Assembly (NCBI RefSeq): GCF_029937855.1
Contig: NZ_JAPYPC010000005.1
Coordinates: 54,616-118,615, forward strand
Direction: 5' to 3'
DNA length: 64,000 nt
From: Christiangramia sp.
GTDB lineage: Bacteria; Bacteroidota; Bacteroidia; Flavobacteriales; Flavobacteriaceae
In this document: piece after piece, positions 56,169 to 64,000 of the stretch
Layout of the letters: each line of letters starts with the position of its first letter
Numbering within the stretch: position 1 is the stretch's first letter
The notes under the pieces: generated by a model
Database searches by the model: none
Told to the model about the DNA's origin: nothing
What the model saw: the letters and a program-made list of their open reading frames with translations, nothing else
Translations under genes and position numbers: made by a program

Positions 56169-56573
56169 TTACTTATCTTTCATTTTGCTATGGTCCACAT
56201 TATCTTCAGGAGTATCATCTACCACACTTTTTAAAACATGAGTGTTTTTTTGATATTTACCTCTTAATTCATCCACCACAGATTTATCCCATAACTTTAC
56301 ACCAATAAAATAAGAAGCCCTGCCAATAAGGTGCGCGCTTACAGGAGCGGTAAGAAATAAGAATAAGATGATTACAAATGCCTGTGAAGTTACATCTGCA
56401 TTACTAAAATAAACGGTGGTAGAAAGTAAAACCAATCCTACTCCAAGCGTGGCAGCTTTAGTAGTTACAGAAATTCTTAAATATGTATCTGGCATTCTTA
56501 CGATCCCTATTGCTGCTAAAAGCACAAACATGGCTCCAAGTGTCGCAATTGCCGCTATTATTATGTCTATCAT
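56169..56573 (-). CDS. mrpG: Mrp/Mnh Na+/H+ antiporter subunit G
   Basis: RMPDTYLR..KAATLG and LTAPVSAH motifs. Confidence 0.93.
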   Translation of the reverse strand: MIDIIIAAIATLGAMFVLLAAIGIVRMPDTYLRISVTTKAATLGVGLVLLSTTVYFSNADVTSQAFVIILFLFLTAPVSAHLIGRASYFIGVKLWDKSVVDELRGKYQKNTHVLKSVVDDTPEDNVDHSKMKDK

Positions 56574-56842
56574 TTCCTTTTTCTTTTTTCCAGATAATAA
56601 GATAAGGCTACGGTACTCAAAAAAGCAATAAGTGCCAGAATAAGTGCCGTATCCATCAAAGTAGACTGATTGTATATAATACTGTACACTGCAATAATTC
56701 CTATACCTGTCGTGATTAAAAGATCTAATGAAACAATCTTATCTGCTATGCTTGGACCTTTGATAAATCGCCAGAGAATTAGCACGGCCGAAACGACCAA
56801 AATTGGTAAAATTATATAATGTAAATATTCAAATAAACTCAT
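56570..56842 (-). CDS. mrpF: Mrp/Mnh Na+/H+ antiporter subunit F
   Basis: GPSIADKIVSLD motif; three TM helices. Confidence 0.93.
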   Translation of the reverse strand: MSLFEYLHYIILPILVVSAVLILWRFIKGPSIADKIVSLDLLITTGIGIIAVYSIIYNQSTLMDTALILALIAFLSTVALSYYLEKRKRK

Positions 56843-57318
56843 GACAATACTTCCAGTATTCTGCGTTCAAAACCATTCTTAATTCCCCTGACAAACTTTT
56901 CCCTGTCTTTTATATACATCGCATGCACAAAAAGCACTTTTTTATCATTGGAAACATCCAGGCTTAATGTCCCCGGTGTGAGAGATATCATATTAGCTAG
57001 CATGGTAATCCCAATATCTGACTTTATATCTAATGGAACCATAATTATTCCCGGGGTCATTTTAAATTTAGGAGTGATCACCTCGTAAGCTACTTCAATA
57101 TTCGCTTTTATAAGTTCATAAAGGAAATAAACTAATAATATAATAACCTTAGGGACTATTAAAAAATATTTACTCCTTTTTCGTCCTATCGTAATCAACC
57201 AAAGAATATGAAAATTCAGAAAGAAGCCAAAAAGATAATTCTCAAATGAAAAATCTCCTGTCAGGGCAACCCAGACAAAGGTCAGTAATATGTTCGACAG
57301 AAATTTATTCTTCATCAT
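56839..57318 (-). CDS. mrpE: Mrp/Mnh Na+/H+ antiporter subunit E
   Basis: ANMISLTPGTL and LFVHAM motifs. Confidence 0.93.
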   Translation of the reverse strand: MMKNKFLSNILLTFVWVALTGDFSFENYLFGFFLNFHILWLITIGRKRSKYFLIVPKVIILLVYFLYELIKANIEVAYEVITPKFKMTPGIIMVPLDIKSDIGITMLANMISLTPGTLSLDVSNDKKVLFVHAMYIKDREKFVRGIKNGFERRILEVLS

Positions 57319-57321
57319 TCC

Positions 57322-58836
57322 TTAATTCTTCGATTTTAAAACCGCATCTATATAACCCTGACTATTCACAAGTTCATCTGCAATCCTTGCGGAAAGCTCC
57401 TGAACATGTTCAGCTCCAAAACCTATATACAAAGATACGATACTCAAAAAAGCCACAGGAATTATAAACTGAAGTCTTTTAGTATTTGTCATTTTTGAAA
57501 AATATCCAAAATTACTCCTCAAGGGAAGCTCTTTACCCTCTTTCCAGAATACTTCAGCCCATAATTTTGCAATGATCACCAGTGTGATAAAACTGGCGAA
57601 GATAATGGCACCCACGGTAATATAAGAACCATTTGTAAAGCCTGCTTTTATCAGATTTATCTTGGGCCAGAATCCTGAGAGTGGTGGTATCCCCACTAAT
57701 GAAAACAATGGGATAAAAAGCAATAGGCTAATTTTCGGCCAGTTTGCATAGATACCTCCAAGGTCACGCATAGAGTTTGTTCCATTTAAACGATAAACCA
57801 CTCCGCTCACCATAAAAAGGTTAGTTTTTACAATGATATCATGGATAAGATAAAATATTGCTCCTGCAATCGCAATTTCAGTAAACATTCCTAACCCGGC
57901 GATCATATACCCAATATGGCAAATAATAAGATAGGAGAACACCTTTCTCATATTGTTTTGGATCAAAGCACCTATCCCCCCACTAACCAGGGTAAGAATG
58001 GCAATGATCATAATGATATTGTTCAGAAAAGGATCATCTACAAAAATGAGCGTAAATACACGGATCAAAGCATACACCCCGACTTTGGTCAACAATCCTC
58101 CGAAGATCGCGGAAACTGCGAATGGAGGGGTATGATAGGATGCTGGCAACCAGAAATATAATGGAAATACCCCTGCTTTAATTCCGAAGCCAATCAGGAA
58201 TAACAGTGCAGTGATTTGTACCAGCCCCCTATTCTCGACTTCAGCTACCTGCCCCGCAAGATCGGCCATATTTAAGCTTCCGGTGATCCCGTAAAGTACA
58301 GCGATTGCGGTGAGAAAGATCATGGAAGCAAGGATGTTCAGTGTAAAATATTTTACTGCTCCTTCCAGCTGGGCCTTTTCACCACCAATAGTGATCAACA
58401 CAAAGGAGCTTATAATAATGATCTCAAACCATACATACAGGTTAAATATATCTCCTGTTAAAAATGCACCATTAAGCCCAAGCAATAAAAAGTGGAATAT
58501 AGGAAAATACCCAAACCGCAAACGGTCTTTCAATACGGAGGCCCCGGAAAAAATAGAAACTGCCAAACCTGAAATTGCAGTTAATAATACCAGTGTGGCT
58601 GAAAGCATATCTGCCACGAAAGTAATACCAAAGGGAGCTTCCCAATTTCCTGCCTGGATGGTTTGTGTCCCATTGCTCCAGATATAGCTAAAGAGCCATA
58701 TTGCCAGACCCAAACTGAGAATACTTCCGAAGACGCTAAACACCTTCTGAAATTTTATTTTGGACCAGCCGAACATCAGAATGATACTGATGGCCATCTG
58801 AAGAAAAAGAGGATATAAAACTATTTGTTCTGTCAT
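57322..58836 (-). CDS. mrpD: Mrp/Mnh Na+/H+ antiporter subunit D
   Basis: [26 protein letters not shown] and [11 protein letters not shown] motifs. Confidence 0.95.
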   Translation of the reverse strand: MTEQIVLYPLFLQMAISIILMFGWSKIKFQKVFSVFGSILSLGLAIWLFSYIWSNGTQTIQAGNWEAPFGITFVADMLSATLVLLTAISGLAVSIFSGASVLKDRLRFGYFPIFHFLLLGLNGAFLTGDIFNLYVWFEIIIISSFVLITIGGEKAQLEGAVKYFTLNILASMIFLTAIAVLYGITGSLNMADLAGQVAEVENRGLVQITALLFLIGFGIKAGVFPLYFWLPASYHTPPFAVSAIFGGLLTKVGVYALIRVFTLIFVDDPFLNNIIMIIAILTLVSGGIGALIQNNMRKVFSYLIICHIGYMIAGLGMFTEIAIAGAIFYLIHDIIVKTNLFMVSGVVYRLNGTNSMRDLGGIYANWPKISLLLFIPLFSLVGIPPLSGFWPKINLIKAGFTNGSYITVGAIIFASFITLVIIAKLWAEVFWKEGKELPLRSNFGYFSKMTNTKRLQFIIPVAFLSIVSLYIGFGAEHVQELSARIADELVNSQGYIDAVLKSKN

Positions 58837-59186
58837 GAATCTTCGTCGGTTGCGTTCATTTCATCCAGATCATCAGTTCTAACAACCGTGTGAGCCCTTT
58901 TCACTAACACGATTGCAAAAGACTGAAGTCCGAAACTTATAACGATTGCTGTAAGTATTAAAGCCTGGGGAACGGGATCTGCAAAGGCTTCTGTAAAAAC
59001 CTTGGCATCACCTGGAATAATTGGCGGAGATCCTTTAGTAATCCTTCCCAGAAGAAAGATTAAAAGGTTGGCGCCATTTCCAAGCAGGATAATCCCTATG
59101 ATCAATTTTACCATACTTCGGCGAAGCATCATATAAATGCCTGTACCATATAAAATTCCTACCATTAATGCTAAAAGGATCTCCAT
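58833..59186 (-). CDS. mrpC: Mrp/Mnh Na+/H+ antiporter subunit C
   Basis: [14 protein letters not shown] motif. Confidence 0.95.
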   Translation of the reverse strand: MEILLALMVGILYGTGIYMMLRRSMVKLIIGIILLGNGANLLIFLLGRITKGSPPIIPGDAKVFTEAFADPVPQALILTAIVISFGLQSFAIVLVKRAHTVVRTDDLDEMNATDEDS

Positions 59187-59187
59187 A

Positions 59188-59604
59188 TTAGGCCGATTCT
59201 GAAATTGTAAAAATTATGGTCAAAGTCACTCCGTTTACCACCAGGTAAACCCCTATATCAAAAAATAAAGCTGAACCCACACTTCCTAAAATTGCAATTT
59301 CATCGTGGGACCATAAGCCCGTCATAAAGGGAAGGTCAAATAATGCCACTGGCGCGAGCCCTGCTAAAAATGCTATTGCCAGGCCTACCGGAAGCAAAAA
59401 TCCCGGGTGCATGATAAGCAACTCCCTGGTTTTTGAAAGCCCATTAGCGAAAGAATGTAAAATAAAAGCAATAGACGCAATTAAACCTCCTACAAAACCA
59501 CCTCCAGGAAGGTAATGCCCACGAAGCAAGATAAAAATAGAAAACACCAACAATACCGGTAAAAGGTAGTTAGAAGCTGTTTTTAGAATTATAGTAGTTC
59601 GCAT
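59188..59604 (-). CDS. mrpB: Mrp/Mnh Na+/H+ antiporter subunit B
   Basis: [13 protein letters not shown] and FFDIGVYL motifs. Confidence 0.95.
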   Translation of the reverse strand: MRTTIILKTASNYLLPVLLVFSIFILLRGHYLPGGGFVGGLIASIAFILHSFANGLSKTRELLIMHPGFLLPVGLAIAFLAGLAPVALFDLPFMTGLWSHDEIAILGSVGSALFFDIGVYLVVNGVTLTIIFTISESA

Positions 59605-59607
59605 CCT

Positions 59608-61962
59608 TTAATTTTCTTTTTTCCCGGTTCTTTCATTCAGTCTCGTATCTGCATATCTTCTTCTGTCCTTCATTTTCAATCTTAGCTTCATCAAACCAAA
59701 AACACCAACTGCTGCAATAGATAATACTGAAATCTCTATCAACGTATCTGCACCTCTAAAATCAACTAAAATCACATTTACCACATTCTTACCGTGAGCC
59801 TCAATATAAGAGTTTGCCGCATAAAACTCTCCGACTTCTTTACTCACGGGTTCAGAAAGCACTTCTAAAGCAAGGGTGGTAATAATCAATCCGAAGATAG
59901 TAGATAAGATCCCATCCCTAAGTCTGGTTTTATAATCTGATAGTTTTAAATACTTCGGAAGCTTATAAAGCACAAGAACAAACAATATTACGGTAAGTGT
60001 ATCGATTGAAAACTGGGTCATTGCAAGATCGGGCGCACTATAAAAAACAAATATCAAACAAATGGAAAGTCCAACTACACCCATTGCCGCAACGGCTGCC
60101 AGCCTGGATTGAGTGAAAACGGTATAAAAGATCCCGGCAATTAGGATCAAAGTGGTGGTAATTTCGTAAACCGTGATTTTTGAAAGGGAATTATAATTTA
60201 TAGCAAATCGGGTGTTTCCTATCATAATGTAGCCTACCAGCACTACTAAAAAGAGAATGATAATAGAAATATAATTCCTTAAATATCCATTCTGAAAGAA
60301 GTTCGTCCAGAAATTGGATACTGAAATAAACAGGCCATTAAATTTCTCCAACAAAGTTTTGGGAGCAATAAAATCGAACCTTGCAATAGCATTTTCTAAT
60401 TTCTTTGAAGGTTTTAAAATAAAATAAAGCGCTGTGCCGACTCCAATTGTGATTAAACTTAGTATAAAAACCAAATTCAATCCGTGCCATAAGGCCAGGT
60501 GAATTTCTGAAGCATCTGCTCCCAAAGATTCCACCACAGGTTTTATTAAGGCTGATTCAATTATAAATGGCGCCACACCAAATACTACTCCCAGTAGGGC
60601 CAGCAAGAGCGGGGGAACCCACATAACAAGTCCTGGACTTTTAACATTAGAATGTTCTTCTGGAAGTTTTCCCGTAAAGGGTTTTATTCCGGCAACAAAA
60701 CCGGCATACAACAACAGGATTTTTGTAAGTACAATCGCAATTAATACTAAAATCACCAGAGTTTCAGAGTTGTTAGATGCTTCGTAAGTCAGTTCCTTTC
60801 CAACGAAACCAATCGTGGGAGGAATACCCGCACTGGAAATAGCCGCCAGAATCCCAGCAATACCAACGGGTAGCATGACTTTATTTAATCCCGAGAGCCT
60901 TGTGACGTCACGGGTATGTGTTTGATGATCTATAATTCCCGTTACCAGGAATAAGGTGGCTTTATAAAGTGCATGTACAATGATAAATACCGCGGCTGCC
61001 AAAAATGCCTCCTGTGTTCCCAACCCGGTTAAGAAAACTAATATCCCTAAAGCTGAAATTGTGGAATATGCCAGGATACCTTTAAGATCTGTTCTAAAAA
61101 TAGTATGAACCGCTGAATATAGCATAGTTATTCCGCCAACAAGAACTAAAGTGGTATTCCAAATATCTTCTCCCCCCAGCACCGGCGTAAAGCGCATCAA
61201 CAGATAAATCCCAGCTTTTACCATAGTTGCTGAATGCAGATAGGTAGAAACAGGTGTGGGCGCTTTCATTGCTCCTGGCAACCAGAAATGAAAAGGAAAT
61301 TGTGCAGATTTAGTAAAAGCGGCTCCAAAAATGAATAGTACTGCTAAAAAGTACAACTCATTTCCGCGGATCGCTTCACTCATGGTAAGCATTTCAGAAA
61401 TACTATAAGTTCCGGAGATATTATTTAAAAGAAGCGCACCCGCCAACAGGAACAACCCACCTATTCCAGTAATCCCCAAAGCTGTCAATGCCGATTTACG
61501 GGAAGCAGGATTGGTATTATTAAAACCAATTAGAAAGAAAGAACTAATACTTGTTAATTCCCAGAACACGAACAACGTGATCATATTATCAGAAAGTACC
61601 AGCCCAAGCATGGCACCCATAAAAGAAGCCAGATACCCATAAAATCTATCCAGATATTCGTGTCCTTTCAGATAAGAAGAAGTATAAGCAAAAACTAAAA
61701 ACCCAATTCCGGTGATCATTAAAGAGAATAGCAAGGCGAGGCCATCCATTTTAAAATCCAGATCCACTCCAAACGAAGGAATCCATTCATATGATCTCAT
61801 CATCACTTCTCCATTTGATACCGGAGAAATGAACTGGGCAAAATAAAAAAACAGCCCTAACGGAATTAAAGATGCAAGTATGGAAAGCTTACCTTTAAAA
61901 AATCTTCCCGCGAAAACGAGAAAAATAGAGAATAAAAAACCTGTAAGAATTGCGGTAAGCAT
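59608..61962 (-). CDS. mrpA: Mrp/Mnh Na+/H+ antiporter subunit A
   Basis: FWELTSISSF, KSAQFPFHFWLP, PTPVSTYLHSATMV and NVVNVILVDFRGADT motifs. Start moved to MLTAIL (61962) because a -7 element overlaps the longer ORF start. Confidence 0.96.
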   Translation of the reverse strand: MLTAILTGFLFSIFLVFAGRFFKGKLSILASLIPLGLFFYFAQFISPVSNGEVMMRSYEWIPSFGVDLDFKMDGLALLFSLMITGIGFLVFAYTSSYLKGHEYLDRFYGYLASFMGAMLGLVLSDNMITLFVFWELTSISSFFLIGFNNTNPASRKSALTALGITGIGGLFLLAGALLLNNISGTYSISEMLTMSEAIRGNELYFLAVLFIFGAAFTKSAQFPFHFWLPGAMKAPTPVSTYLHSATMVKAGIYLLMRFTPVLGGEDIWNTTLVLVGGITMLYSAVHTIFRTDLKGILAYSTISALGILVFLTGLGTQEAFLAAAVFIIVHALYKATLFLVTGIIDHQTHTRDVTRLSGLNKVMLPVGIAGILAAISSAGIPPTIGFVGKELTYEASNNSETLVILVLIAIVLTKILLLYAGFVAGIKPFTGKLPEEHSNVKSPGLVMWVPPLLLALLGVVFGVAPFIIESALIKPVVESLGADASEIHLALWHGLNLVFILSLITIGVGTALYFILKPSKKLENAIARFDFIAPKTLLEKFNGLFISVSNFWTNFFQNGYLRNYISIIILFLVVLVGYIMIGNTRFAINYNSLSKITVYEITTTLILIAGIFYTVFTQSRLAAVAAMGVVGLSICLIFVFYSAPDLAMTQFSIDTLTVILFVLVLYKLPKYLKLSDYKTRLRDGILSTIFGLIITTLALEVLSEPVSKEVGEFYAANSYIEAHGKNVVNVILVDFRGADTLIEISVLSIAAVGVFGLMKLRLKMKDRRRYADTRLNERTGKKEN

Positions 61963-61983
61963 ACTTAGTAAATCTGTTTGTCG

Positions 61984-61991
61984 CAAATATA
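61984..61991 (-). promoter_or_regulatory. -7 promoter element of the mrp operon
   Basis: TATATTTG on the minus strand, 21 nt upstream of ATG 61962. Confidence 0.6.
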
Positions 61992-62166
61992 ATAGTTATT
62001 ATTGGAAGAAATACTTCTAAGCAAAGAGTTAATACCCAATGTTCATTGCTATTCATGCTTTTTTAAATTTTCCCGGAAAGACAGAAATTATTTTCTGTAG
62101 AATTCTTAATTCCATGAAAAAAACGTAAAGAATAAGTTCCTGATAGTGTTCTCCATAACAATAAAA

Positions 62167-62214
62167 TTATCGTTTTTCAATAATTATTTTATATTTGTTA
62201 TCGAAAAACAATAA
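62167..62214 (+). promoter_or_regulatory. Promoter (-7 TATATTTG at 62190-62197) flanked by two palindromic operator boxes
   Basis: TTATCG-TTTTT-CAATAA (62167-62183) and TTATCG-AAAAA-CAATAA (62198-62214), upstream of the DUF2975-Xre pair. Confidence 0.7.
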
Positions 62215-62218
62215 TTAT

Positions 62219-62731
62219 ATGAAATCAAATTCTCTCCACATATTAAAAGGTTTGTTGTATGTTTCCTTCATAATATCTCTATTAACAGCTTTAGGTTCTT
62301 TAGGCATTGCAGCTTATATCGCTTTCATTGGCGACATGAATTTTGATGAAAGTAATTTTAGTTTTTTATTTCCAATTCAGACTAACAAAGCGGCCATATC
62401 ACTATTCCTACTGGGTTTCGCATTGTATTCAGCAATAGGCTTAATTGTGTATTTGATGCTTAAAATAATACGGAGTTTTGAGAAAGGGAATTTGTTCACG
62501 AATTATCAAATAGCAGGTTTTAACCTCATTGGTCAATTGATTATCTGGCTAACTATTTTGCAAAGTGCAGCTGAGTTCATTTTGAGTTTGGTATTTAAAT
62601 CTAGAATTGAATTTAAGCTGGAAGTGTCGGGTTTCTGGCTTCTTATAGCCTTGGGAGCGTTTTTTATCGTCCTATCCAAAGTTTTTCTACAGGCAAAAAA
62701 ATTAAAAGAAGAAAACGAACTAGCCATATAG
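62219..62731 (+). CDS. DUF2975 family membrane protein
   Basis: Four TM helices; GNLFT and AKKLKEENELAI motifs. Start moved to MKSNSL (62219). Confidence 0.88.
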   Translation: MKSNSLHILKGLLYVSFIISLLTALGSLGIAAYIAFIGDMNFDESNFSFLFPIQTNKAAISLFLLGFALYSAIGLIVYLMLKIIRSFEKGNLFTNYQIAGFNLIGQLIIWLTILQSAAEFILSLVFKSRIEFKLEVSGFWLLIALGAFFIVLSKVFLQAKKLKEENELAI

Positions 62732-62734
62732 TAT

Positions 62735-62941
62735 ATGTCCATCATTATAAATCTTGACAAAATCCTGGAGAAAAGAGGAATGAAAAGCAATGAGCTGGCA
62801 GAAATTATTGGGATCACCACCGCGAATCTTTCCATTCTAAAAACCGGAAAAGCAAAGGCGGTTCGTTTTTCAACCCTCGAAGCGATCTGCAAAGAATTGG
62901 ATTGCCAGCCTGGTGATATTTTAGAATATCAGGCTTCTTAG
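62735..62941 (+). CDS. Xre/Cro-family HTH regulator (YozG-like)
   Basis: ELAEIIGITTANLSILKTGKAKAVRFSTLEAIC..LDCQPGDIL. Confidence 0.93.
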   Translation: MSIIINLDKILEKRGMKSNELAEIIGITTANLSILKTGKAKAVRFSTLEAICKELDCQPGDILEYQAS

Positions 62942-63000
62942 CTTTCAGACTTTATCAATTCCATAATTTTTCTAATTTAGAGCAAACCTTAAAAAACACT

Positions 63001-64000
63001 ATGCGAACGATTCTTTTAGCTTTCCTTTTTCTTAGCTTAATAGGAAATGCCCAAACCAACACCTACGATATTTCTTTTGAAAATGCGGTACAGCATGAGG
63101 CTAAAATCAATATTTCCTTTCCGGAAGTCAAAACTGCGGAACTCAATATACGAATGAGTCGAACTTCTCCCGGACGCTATGCGCTGCACGAATTTATTAA
63201 AAACGTCTACGGATTCAAAGCTACCAACAGCAAAGGAAAAGATCTAAAAGTTGAAAGAAAAGATCCATATTCCTGGAAAGTAAGCGGTCACGACGGAACA
63301 GTTAATATTGAATATATTCTTTTCGCCAATCGTGGAGATGGCACCTATTCCCAAATAGATGAGACCCATGCCCACCTGAACATTCCCGCTACTTTTATGT
63401 ATGCGGAAGAGTTTAAACATAGACCTATAGAAGTAAATTTTGATGTTAGGGAAGATCTCAACTGGAAAGTGGCGACTCAGCTAAAAAAAGAGTCGGGAAC
63501 TACTTATTCTGCACCAGACCTTTATTATTTTATGGATAGTCCTACAGAAATTAGCGATTTCAGCAGGAAGTCTTTTGATGTTAACGGACAGGGAATTCAA
63601 TTTGTTCTGCATCATAAAGGAACTGAAGAAGAATTTTCAGAATATTTTGATCAGGTAAAAAGGATCGTAAAACAGGAGAAAGCAGTGTATGGTGAATTAC
63701 CTGAATTTGATTATAACAAATACAATTTTCTAGCCTGCTATATGCCAAATGTTTCCGGAGACGGGATGGAACACCGCAACAGCACTATTTTAACCGATAA
63801 AGAAAGTCTTGCTGAAGGCGGAATGAAAGGAAATATTGGCACCGTTGCCCACGAGTTTTTCCATGCCTGGAATGTGGAGCGCGTACGACCTGCTGAATAC
63901 TTGCCTTAGATCTTTCTTTAAGACAAAATGATCTGAATCTCGATGATTTTATGAAGTTGATGTGGGAAAAATATGGTAAAACTGAAGTGGCCTATAAAAT
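63001..64000 (+). pseudogene. M61 glycyl-aminopeptidase-family gene with apparent internal deletion and frameshift
   Basis: Signal peptide, GMEH and HEFFH motifs, then a stop at 63907-63909. A second frame opens at 63900 as LALDLSLRQNDLNLDDFMKLMWEKYGKTEVAYK, which resembles a much later part of M61 proteins. Confidence 0.7.

Noticed and set aside
55719-61962. mrpABCDEFG with adjacent MgtC-family gene as a novel system
   Set aside because: It is a standard seven-subunit Mrp antiporter, expected in a marine or halotolerant bacterium. The MgtC gene is on the opposite strand and nothing links them beyond proximity.

Overview
An AT-rich bacterial chromosome segment from a Bacteroidota, most likely a marine Flavobacteriaceae (Gramella/Salegentibacter-like; inferred from gldD/gldE, a SusC/SusD pair, TAnnTTTG promoters and gene style). 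It is densely coding, with about 68 genes. I saw no rRNA, tRNA, CRISPR, prophage or transposase. Core blocks: speA-speB-DHS-like polyamine operon, miaB-sigma54 activator-lptE-TPR-secG, groES/groL, rplU-rpmA, mutY-ssb-gldE-gldD, hup-bS22-like-RNase E/G, recX, bioF-bioD-bioA...bioB and mrpABCDEFG. Two regions look like incompletely described systems. (1) The biotin locus (47.8-55.7 kb) has no bioC/bioH/bioW/bioI but contains a FabF-like ketosynthase with an intact Cys-His-His triad, a SET-domain protein and two tandem JmjC dioxygenases. It is a candidate new route to the pimelate precursor. (2) A ~12 kb cluster (2.5-14.7 kb) combines TIGR04282/TIGR04283-type 'arsenosugar-associated' transferases, a nucleoside phosphorylase with Asp at the base-specificity position, DUF547, an exported rhodanese, a GH113 lipoprotein, a flavin reductase plus membrane Fe-S protein, and a GT2/CesA-like/GT-C trio, with no ArsS radical SAM gene in the window. 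Smaller observations: a 78-bp palindrome inserted in-frame in a glycosyltransferase, a second nested palindromic element, a 29-aa basic ORF (bS22/mS38-like) missed by the ORF track, an L21-Rho_N fusion, an orphan Tat-type molybdoenzyme subunit, and an internally deleted, frameshifted M61 peptidase at the window end. All family assignments come from motif recognition by eye; no HMM or BLAST search was run.
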